The notes beneath the pieces are model-generated. The model made no database searches. It had not been told where the DNA came from and was given only the letters and a program-made list of their open reading frames with translations. Positions 33,611-43,283 of a DNA stretch of 43,283 bases are shown in pieces. Origin of the DNA: Chiloscyllium plagiosum (taxonomy: Eukaryota); the NCBI RefSeq assembly GCF_004010195.1, contig NC_057718.1:39949910-39993192 (forward strand), given 5' to 3'. Numbering within the stretch: position 1 is the stretch's first letter; every line of letters begins with the position of its first letter. Position numbers and translations under genes: made by a program.

Positions 33611-36070
33611 AGAGTCATAGAGTCATAGAATAGAGTACAGCATGGAAATGGACCCTTCGGTCCAACTCGTCCATGCTGATCAGATATCCCAACCCAATCG
33701 AGTCCCAACTGCCAGCACCTGGCCCATATTCCTTCAAACCTTTCCTATTCATATACCCATCCAGAAATGTTACAATTGTACTAGCCTCCACCACTTCCTC
33801 TGGCAGCTCATTCCATACATGTACCACCGTCTGCGTGATAAAGTTGCCCCTTAGGTCTCTTTTCTATCTTTCCCCTCTCACACTAAACTTATGCTCTCTA
33901 GTTCTGGACTCCCCCACCCCAACGAAGAGACTTTGTCTATTTATCCTATCCATACCCTTCATGATTTTATAAACCTCTATAAGGTCACTCCTGACCCTCT
34001 GATGCTCCAGGGAAAACAGCCCGATCCTATTAAGCCTCTCCATATAACTCAAATCCTCCAATTCTGGCAACATCCTTGAAAATCTTTTTTGAACCCTTTC
34101 AAGTTTCATAACATCCTTCCGATAGGAAGGAGACTAGAATTGCACACAATATTGCACACAGTGGCCTAACCAATGTCCTGTACAGCTGCAACATGACCTC
34201 CCAACTCCTGTACTCTGTACTCTGACCAATGAAGAAAAGCATACCAAACACCTTCTTTACTATCTTATCTACCTGCACTCCAAGGTCTCTTTGTTCAGCA
34301 ACACTATCTAGGATCTTACCATGAAATGTTTAAGTCCTGCTAAGATTTGCTTTCCCAAAATGCAGCACCTCACATTTATATAAATTAAACTTCATCTGCC
34401 ACTCCTCAACCCATTGGCCCATCTGATCAAGATCCCATTGTAATCTGAGGTAACCTTCTTTGCTGTCCACTACACCTCCAATTTTGGTGTCATCTGCACA
34501 CTTACAAACTACACCTCTTATGCTCACATCCAAATCATTTATATAAATGACGAAAAGTAACGGACTAAGCACCGATCCTTGTTGCACTCCACTGGTCACA
34601 GGTCTCCAGTCTGAAAAATTACCCTCCAACACCCTCTCTCTGTCTTCTACCTTTGAGCCAGTTCTGTATCCAAATGGCTAGTTCTCCCTGTATTCCATGA
34701 AATCTAACCTTCCTAACCAGTCTCCCAAGGGGAACCTTGTTGAATGCCTTACTGAAGTCCATATAAATTGGGCTTTTGACCGAAACAATGATTTTCCTGC
34801 TCCTCGGATGCTGCCTGACCTGCAGTGCTTTTCCAGCACCACTCTAATCTAGACTCTGGTTTCCAGCATCTGCAGATGTCACTTTTGCCTCCATGTAAAT
34901 TACATCTACCACTCTGCCCTCATCAATCCTTTTTGTTCTCTCTTCAAAAAACTCAAGAGATATGATTTCCCATGCACAAAGCCATGTTGACTACCCCTAA
35001 TCAGTCCTTGCCTTTCCAAATACATGTACATCCTGTTCCTCAGAATTTCCTCCAACAACTTGCCCACCACAGACGTCAGGCTCACTGGTCTATAGTTCCC
35101 TGGCTTGTCTTTACCACCTTTCTTAAATACTGGCACCACATTAGCCAACTTCCAGTCTTCCAGCACCTCATCTGTGACTATCAATGATACAAATATCTCA
35201 GCAAAGGGCCCAGTAATCACTTCCCTAGCTTCCCACAGATTTCTAGGATACACCTGATCAGGTCCTGGGGATTTATCCACCTTTACCCGTTTCAAGGCAT
35301 CCAGCACTTCCTCCTCTGTAATCTGGACATTTTTCAAGATGTCACCATCTATTCCCCTACATTCTATATCTTCCATGTTCTTTTCCACAGTAAATACTGA
35401 TGCAAAATACTCTTTTAGTATCTGCCTTATCTCCTGTGGCTCCACACAAAGGCTGCCTTGCTGATCTTTGAGGGGCCCTATTCTCTCCCTAGTTATCCTT
35501 TTAACCTTAATGTATTTGTAGAAATCCTTTGGATTCTCCTTAACTCTATTTGCCAAAGCTATCTCATGTCCCCTTTTTGCCCTCTTGATTTCTCTCTTTA
35601 GTATACTCCTACTGCCTTTATACTCTTCCAAGGATTCATTCAATCTGTCTTGTCTATACCTGACATATGCTTCCTTCTTTTTCTCAACCAAACCGTCTAT
35701 TTCTTTAGTCATCCAGCATTCCCTACACCTACCACCTTTCCTTTCACCCTAACAGGAATATACTGACTCTGGTCTCTCGTTATCTAATTTCTGAAGGCTT
35801 CCATTTTCCAGCCATCCCTTTACCTGTGAACATCTGCCCCCAATCAGCTTTTGAAAGTACTTGCCTAATGCCATCAAAATTAGCCTTCCTCCAATTTAGA
35901 ACTTCAACTTTTAGATCTGGTCTATCCTTTTCCATCACTACTTAAAAACTAATAGAATTATGGTTGCGGGCCCCAAAGTCCTCCCCCACTGACATCTCAG
36001 TCATCTGCCCTGCCTTATTTCCCAAGAGTGGATCAAGTTTTGTACCTTCTCTAGCAGTTACATCCACATA
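33611..36070 (-). mobile_element. 5'-truncated CR1/HER1-type LINE, same subfamily as 4451-9233
   Basis: 268-aa ORF with KSPGPD and PGNYRPVSLTSVVGKLLE, plus SGVQQGSVLSPLLFVIYINDL, CADDTK and an (agagtcat)n tail. Colinear with 4451-7095. Confidence 0.93.
34770..34889 (+). mobile_element. Short Penelope pLTR insertion, family A2, with 12-bp TSD (1 mismatch)
   Basis: gggcttttgaccgaaac...gcatctgcag...cacttttgcc, flanked by tccatataaatt (34758-34769) and tccatgtaaatt (34890-34901). Confidence 0.85.
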
Positions 36071-36504
36071 AAGAGTAAAAACATTCATGTGAAATTATAT
36101 GGGATATGTGTGAACATAAGTTGTCATGGATGTTTAAAGAGTCATGGGTGGGGAGTATGAGTTGGCATGTATGTACAAAAGGCCATTGTCTTGGTGGCAT
36201 GGTGTGTTTAAGGCACCATGGGTGTTGGTGAGCCATTGAAGGGATCTGAAGATTGTGGACTCGAGGGCCTGACATCTTATAACATGAACAGGATAAAGTC
36301 CTGGAGAACGGAGAACTGAGGCAGGCCTTCTTAACATCTTGTCTTGGTGCACCCACTCTTGTGGCCACCTTTGCTCTGCTCTGAGGACCATGGCTAGCTC
36401 TATTCCATATCCGCACCCTGGTGTGAGGATCACAAAATTTGGGTGCTTTTTCTCTGCAACAGGTCCAGCAAGCTAGGAAATCTCCTAACTCGAGCCACTT
36501 ATTT

Positions 36505-36933
36505 GACTGGAGCCTAGAAGGTTGAAGGGTTTATAAAATCATGAGGTGCTTGGATAAAGTGAATAACAGGGGTCTTTTTTCTAGTGTGGGGAGATCAAAA
36601 TGGGGGGGGGGCATATTTTAATGGTGAAAAGAGAAAGTTTAAAAAAGGACATGGGAGGCAATTTGTTTTACATAGAGACAAGTTTGTGTGTGAAATGAAC
36701 TGCCCGAGGAAGTTTGGATGTAGGTACAGTTTCAACATGTAAAATATATTGGATATAAGTAAAGGTATAAGTATATTTATATATAAGTATATAGATATAA
36801 GTACATGAATAGGTAAGGTTTGGGCCAAACGCAGGCACATGAGAGTTGTTTAGATTGGGAACATGGTCAGTATGGATTAGTTGGCCTGAAGGGTCTGTTT
36901 CATGCTGCATAACTCTATTACTCTATGATTCTA
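36505..36933 (+). mobile_element. Decayed CR1 3' fragment
   Basis: ggtttataaaatcatgagg, aatgaactgcccgaggaagt, gaagggtctgtttcatgctg and a ctctatgattcta tail. Confidence 0.85.
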
Positions 36934-39177
36934 CTGACCTCAGTATATTCTCAAACAGTAGTATTTGTACTCCATTATAAAAATTACACAGATATGGGAC
37001 CAGATCTTTGAGTGAGTGGCAATCTCTCTCGGATTGAAAGAAGAGAATCCTGTCTTTCTGAGAGGAGATTTTGTGCAGGTCTGCCTCAGAAATGCAGAGC
37101 CATACTTCCACTTAGATAGTTGTTTCAGACAGTACAGCTGTCAGAAGGAGGTAAACCATACTCCTTTTCACAGTGGTCAGCTGCTGTGGTCTAAAATGTA
37201 AAGATCCAGAAACACAGACAGCCACTTTGACAACTGCTGTCAAGGCGTAACGACACAAGGATAAAGAGTGTTTGATCTTAGAGCCTGTCAGTTCACAGGT
37301 TGAGTTCCCGAGAGGGGTCTGGTCAGACACTGTGGGTATCAGTGATTTGGGAGGTCTGTGTCAAGTCTGTCTGATGGTTGTTGGATCAAGGTCTGGGGGT
37401 TTGTGAGTGAAATAAGTACAGTCAGTTGAATAGTTACTCAGCAGTTAGATTTAGATTATGTATTTAATAGTCTTAACTTTTCCTCAGTAATTGTTTTGCT
37501 TAATTTGATCAGAACTATCTGAACTCTCGGATTTGTATGGAGATTGTTTGATAAGGTTCCAGATATAATGGAATTGTCCAATGGAAAATTCAATTTCTCA
37601 GGCAATTCCTTTTGTGAATGCTACAATGGGGATTCCACAAGGTCCCCTTGCACATATGTATGATTTATATCTGCATAACAATTACCTGGCCAGTGAAAAA
37701 TCTGCTCCATGATGTCTACAATTCCCAAATGAAATAAAAATTTTCATAGGATTCATTAGTATTTGTAAGAAATAAGCAATAGAGATTGAATGAACTGAAA
37801 TTTATTGTAAGGCATAGCCTGGGAAAATCGGAGCACAGCCAGCAGGACTTGATGAGCCTTTCACTGAGGAGGTTTCAATGATTAACAATCTCTGCAAATT
37901 CCCCTGCATTAGCAGCATTTGGTGACATTGACAGCAGCTATTGACTTCTCTGCTGCTCCACCTTTCATTACACAATACAAAATAGGAATGGATCAATCAG
38001 CTAGTGGTGTTCCATTGCACACAACAGCTAAAAACAATGCCTTTTTCGTGACTATGAGTTATTAAATCTAGCTTATTTGTTGAATTGCTATGGGTATTGG
38101 ATGTTATCATGTTAGGATTAAGTGGAAAGTCAGAATTTATACAAATATTTTACGTGTGGAGCACATGTGCCCAAGCACATTGCAATGGATTGAACGTGCT
38201 GCTGAATTACCCACGCCAATAACTGTTCATAGTGCTTAATTAAGTTACTAATTTAAACGTTACTTCACTTTATTTTGTCTAACTTTAGGGTTTTAGGACT
38301 CTTATTCACCATGATGATATCAAACAGGGACTAATGATCTTTAAAATCTCACCAACTAGTTAAAAAGCTTTGGACTTTAGGATCGAGAGAAAAACCATTA
38401 AAAATGAGCTGAGACACTTTAAAATGGTTGCCAAAGTCACCTAACCCCAAAGTAGCCAAGCTCATAGGAACATGCAAGTAATGTCGAATGACTGGGATTA
38501 ATTACCACACCCAGAAAAGGCTGTTAAAAAAAATAATTATCTTTACATTAAAATTCATCTGGAATGTCTTGCTCGAAGTGGGGATGAGACAACTCAGTTA
38601 TAGCTATTGCTGAAACAAAGACTTAAATCTCAAACTCATTGTACAAAGGAGAGGATTGAAATGCATCTCCACAAATACATCAAAGGATAACAAGGAGAAT
38701 TCTGACAATGGTCTATAAAATCTCTGTATTTTGTTGTCCATTGTGGGCAAATGGCTAGCAAACACTTAAACCCATCACAGTGTCAAGAAACATTAAGAAA
38801 TGCAATATTCTGAACATTGGTATAAAGTCTGTCATAGACAGACAAAGAATATCATGAAAACACACATTGGGTTTCAAGGGATATTCCATGAGCATTTTGA
38901 TCAGATAATTGAAGAAAGGCTGCCATCTACATACTGACTAACTATATTGATGATAAATCCTGGCCATGAGCAATCTTAACCATGTCATTGGCCACCAGAA
39001 ATTGATCACAGTAATCTCAATGAAGCAGAAGTGATCACAGTATCATCTGAAGGTCACAATTCATCAAGACAATCCAAGATTTCAGAGACTATACAAGGGG
39101 AAGGTGCTGATTTCCTCTCACCTTGAACTGTAAGTATTCACCAACATATTCTTGAATATACTGGAGTGGAAGGGTGG

Positions 39178-39425
39178 GGGTTGGTTAATTTGGATGGCTG
39201 GTTTTGTGATGCAGCATGACATTCAGTTCAATTCCCACACTAGTTGAGGTTCCCTGAAGGATTCTCCTCAACCTACTCCCTCGCCTGAGGTGTGATGACC
39301 CTCAGGTTAAACCACCCCCTGATGCCTCTGTCTCTCTTTCTCTCTCTCTCTATCTCTCTCTCTCTATCTATCTAACAAGAGAGCAGCCCAAGGTCGTCTG
39401 GAACTATGGCAAATTTGCTTAACTT
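39178..39425 (+). mobile_element. Decayed tRNA-derived SINE of a further family, with internal (TC)n/(TCTA)n expansion
   Basis: Box-B-like gttcaattccc near 39226, hairpin cctgagg...cctcagg, and microsatellite 39326-39373. Confidence 0.5.
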
Positions 39426-39969
39426 TTACTGAAATATAATACTGGCTTTCTTCATTGATGTGTGGGGAGGTGGCTGGTAAACAAGGTGTCAGTAATCATA
39501 TTGCACTTACAATCTCCAGCTGTATTTGCAGAACAAAACTTGTGCTGCATCCATAAGGTTCACTATGTAGAAAGTCCATGGACAGGCATTCCTTAGCCCT
39601 CCATGTCGAATCCTCCATGTCCTATTGTATGGAAGACTGTGCTACACTGTCATTTGTGTGTGGCATGAATGCTGACTGCTTGCATTACTAAGAACCCCAG
39701 TTGTTTCAGATTTTACCCACATTGGTCACAGCTCCAATGACCCTATGGATCCAGCCACATCTGTGGTCATCATTATTGTGGTCATGGCACAACAGAGGCC
39801 CAGAGAGATGGAGGAGAAACAAATGCACTAGCAAGCCCAGCATCAGCAGTAATGTTCCGTGCCTGATGAACAGCCTCTACCTAAAGAAATTTCTGCAGAA
39901 GGTGCCGTCAGGATGTGAAGAAGGTAGAGGTGGCCCAGAATGTATCATTCTCAATGTCACCTCCTTTGG

Positions 39970-40818
39970 ATGAGCAAGGTGCATTGCTGCCAGATACTGA
40001 GGATGTGCCAGGACACTGACACAAAGCTGTGCCATCTGCTTGAGAAGGACTTATGAACCGAACCAGTGGGTGGACCTTCTATCCTGGTGGCCATCAAGGT
40101 GACATCTGAATGAAATTTTTATGCAACTGCTTGCTTTCAAGGATCCACTGGGGACCTACAATCCTCGATGCTTCAAGGCGAATTACTAATGTTATTTGTG
40201 TCAGATCACACTGTTCCACCTTATTTCTTATGACAAGGTCATAAGAAAATGTTCATGTGCAGTGAATGTACAGGTCATCTGAGATCAATGGTACCACATC
40301 TTAGAGGTCTGTGGCATGTACCAGAAAGCTGCCATTTGCCTAGATTCTTGATAGCTTTCAAATTCTTGCACAGTTTCAAGGGCTGAATGCTTTTCAGGAA
40401 TGGCCACTAGAAATTAAGTGCTATCCTCTGCAACTATGGCTGATGACTCCATTACACAACCCCTTGTGTGGCCCTGAGTAGATTCATAACAATCCAATCT
40501 TCCATCAGCTTCATCATGAGTCAGAGGATAGACCACCTGAAAATGAAGTTCTAATATCTGGGTCAGCCTGAGGGGGGTGCTTGCAGTACATTCTAGATAG
40601 AACATGAAACATAATCCACGAAAGCTGTGCCCTACAGAACTGGAGCAGGGAAAGAGAGCATGTGATGGGTACAGGAGAGCCTGGAGAGTGGCAGCTATCT
40701 GCTGAGGATGAACATGAGGACGTTGAACAGCAGGAGCATCATCTTCTTCAAGCCAGACTGGTGCAGCACTGAATGCAACAAGCCAAACTGCACCTAATTG
40801 TAAACTGCTTTGACTAGC
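39970..40818 (+). pseudogene. Decayed PIF/Harbinger (HARBI1-like) DDE transposase
   Basis: Manual translation gives LRMCQDTDTKLCHLLEKDL, VAIKVTSE*NFYATACFQGSTGDL, YPLQLWLMTP (40422), LKMKF*YL (40537), CALQNW (40626) and an acidic tail, colinear with Harbinger transposase motifs. Confidence 0.75.
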
Positions 40819-41111
40819 TTTGATTTGGGTGAGGTAATCGGCCTGTGAGATAGTTACATAATTGAGTCAGAATGGCACCAAGAATCTTTGAGATAAGGAA
40901 AAGCTTATCTGGTGACTGCTTTCAGTTTGGTTGAGATTCAGTTTGCTGTGACTGACCGAAGCAATGCATCCAGAACCATCCAGAGCCAGCAAATAAAAAA
41001 AAACCATCTTTCTCCATTCTCTTTTACTGAGTGAAAGGATAAAAAAAAGGCAATTTGAAAGCCAGAATGTTCATGCAAGAAGAGACCTAGGTTCACCTGA
41101 TCAACTATCAT

Positions 41112-41275
41112 GGCGGATTGGCTGTGCTAAATTGCCCATAATGTCCAGGGGTGGGAAATGCAGAGTTACAGGGATAGGGTAGAGGGGTGGGTCTGGGGAG
41201 ATGCTCTTTGGAGGGTCGGTGTGGACTCAATGGGCCAAATGGCCTGCATCCACACTATAGGAAATCATACAATTC
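41112..41275 (+). mobile_element. HE1/V-SINE 3' half, decayed
   Basis: tgctaaattgcccataatgt...gggtcggtgtggactcaatgggccaaatggcctg matches 31088-31345. Confidence 0.8.
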
Positions 41276-43057
41276 ATACAAATCAAATAATGAACATCTC
41301 CCTTCAGGCAACATTGCTGAAATCAAAAAGCTATAAAAATTAATTCTCCACCTTGTGATCTGGACTTTTGATCAACAGAAATTTATTTTCCTTCTCTATA
41401 TTTTTCAATTTACAATATTTGTGTCAAACCATCTGTCTTCTGTGTAACATATTTGTGCAGCGTGAGTGTGTAGTTGGTATTTTAAGGAGGTACCCTTTAA
41501 GTCATATAGTTGTAAATTATTGTTCTTTCTCTCTCGCTCCCTCTCTCTCCCATTTGTTAAAGAATAAGTGCGATTACAATACATCAAGTTATTTTTGTGT
41601 TAATGACGAAACCTGGTGTGAATTGTTTTTATTCTGTCAGGTAATTTGATCATTTTGGTGGTGTCTTTACACTTTTGGTATGGTTTGGGGAATAGTGGGT
41701 CTTGGTCATCACTGCCTTTCTCCCAGTTAAGCCATAACACTGTGGCCCAGATCCCAGATGATCCAGGCAGCATTGGGTACTTCTGCTGCTAATGAGTGCT
41801 GGATATTGTGAGTGTGATGTTATAGGGGCATCATACACATATATGATGAAATGAGCTGCAGAGAACTTTGTGAGATAATCCGCAAGACGAAACGCTCCAA
41901 AATTGATACTTGGCCAACTTTTTGGTGAAATTCAGTCCATATATTCTTTTATCTTTCTCTATAGTGTGTGTATGTGTGTCCCATTATGTTTTCCTCAGAT
42001 ATAACAGTGCATACATTTACTCTTTCTTTGACTCAAACAAAGTTTGTTGACTTGCTCCTTGGTGCTCACAATAAAAATTGTTAATTACATTTTAAACGGG
42101 GAGAGGAACAACCTGGAGCAAAAAAGAAGTAAACATTTGTTATGACAAACTAAGGTGGTTAAATAGTGGATGGTCAGGTTATCCCATTCTCACTTTCTCA
42201 CATCATGGTGAATTGCCCCACCGTCGTTTCACTGTTTGATAATTGCAATTCTTTTAATTGTAAAATAAAGGTATAAATTAATTTACTAAAATAGAAACCA
42301 TTATTATTGTACAGGTCTTTCTGTATAGACCCATCAATTCAATTGACTTTTATACTTTCATATCTTCATTTCTTATTTAATTTTTGTTTTCAGTGGATCT
42401 TTTGGATGCTGCTCCGTCAAACCTATTTTGGGTACCATTAAGTTGGTGCTGTTTAACAAGTTGGAATGAAATCTCCACAACAATTCGTATTTAATTATAT
42501 ATAAAGGTGTATCATTTTCAACATTGGCCCAGGATGTGAGCAAAACTGATAACTCACAATGATACAGTGGGACCTAAATCTTTTCAGCCAATGCAGAGTA
42601 GATCAATAATCAATACAATTTTTGAACAGTGTAGCCAAAGAGCAAAATACAAATCAGAGGAAATGTGCACTCTGATCAGTCCACATCTTGCATATAATAT
42701 TGAATGTTTTCAGTAAGGAATAATGGAAATCATCAATTTATTTGGAAGCAGCAATGAAGCACACAATGCTGATTTTCTTCTGTCTTAAATCTGAGTTATG
42801 AGAATCACTAAGAGACACTTGATATTTTAAGTCTACGAAGGAGATTTTGTAGAATTATGTAAAATGGTATGGAAAAGGTCAATCCACGACAATACTTGAA
42901 AGTAAACTAGAGCAGTACAGCCAAAGAGCACTACAAATAAAGATCAACAGGCTTTTGTTATGTATAATTGTCAAGCTTTATGGCAGAAGGGTGAGAAAAA
43001 AACAGCATAGGCACCTGTCAGCATGATCTAATAGAATAGGCCTTTCAGAGTGAATGA

Positions 43058-43283
43058 GGTAAAAACAATGACTGCAGATGCTGGAAACCAGATTCTGGAT
43101 TAGTGGTGCTGGAAGAGCACAGCAGTTCAGGCAGCTTCCAAGGAGCTTCGAAATCGACGTTTTGGGCAAAAACCCTTCATCAGGAATAAAGGCAGTGAGT
43201 CTGGAGCGTGGAGAGATAAGCTAGAGGAGGGTGGGGGTGGGGAGAAAGTAGCATAGAGTACAATGGGTGAGTGGGGGAGGGGA
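43058..43283 (-). mobile_element. Penelope pLTR copy, family A1, running off the window end
   Basis: It matches 703-827 and the reverse complement of 99-246. The hammerhead GAAA is mutated to AAAA. Confidence 0.85.

Noticed and set aside
36935..39130. Possible additional LTR-like segments (36935-37500, 38280-39130)
   Set aside because: This is only a compositional impression. No TG...CA termini, TSD, PBS or PPT could be pinned down.
39970..40818. Domesticated HARBI1 gene
   Set aside because: Multiple stops, frameshifts and eroded catalytic motifs indicate a dead transposon copy.
703..43185. Recurrent ~120-bp repeats with hairpins read as a CRISPR-like array
   Set aside because: The copies are dispersed, occur in both orientations, carry TSDs and have no spacers or cas genes. 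The context is eukaryotic.
1..43283. Inverted copies of the same repeat at both window ends, suggesting a 43-kb composite transposon
   Set aside because: The family is dispersed throughout the window, and contigs commonly break in young repeats. There is no TSD and no internal cargo.

Overview
This is eukaryotic, repeat-dominated, apparently non-coding DNA (intronic or intergenic). The repeat families point to a cartilaginous fish, most likely a shark: HE1/V-SINE-type SINEs, HER1/CR1-type LINEs and Penelope-like elements. That assignment is inferred from family recognition, not from a search. No host protein-coding exon could be supported, and every long ORF is a decayed transposon reading frame or its antisense shadow. 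Contents: (1) one near full-length CR1 LINE (4451-9233, minus; zinc-finger/leucine-zipper + SGNH esterase ORF1, APE-RT ORF2) and many truncated CR1 copies; (2) a 5'-truncated Penelope-like element with RT and GIY-YIG remnants (21401-23664); (3) about 11 short Penelope terminal-repeat (pLTR) insertions from two families; (4) HE1 and other tRNA-derived SINEs; (5) L2, Tx1 and a second CR1-group LINE family; (6) a decayed PIF/Harbinger transposase and possible solo LTRs; (7) repeat-poor AT-rich blocks that may be conserved enhancers. The most interesting signal is that both pLTR families carry a minimal hammerhead ribozyme core (CUGAUGA-A-stem II-GAA plus a palindromic ACGU or AGCU helix III). They have spread as roughly 100-130 nt units with 8-14 bp target-site duplications. 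Their variable ends cluster at the ribozyme, and one copy starts exactly at the predicted cleavage site. All family names and alignments were made by eye.
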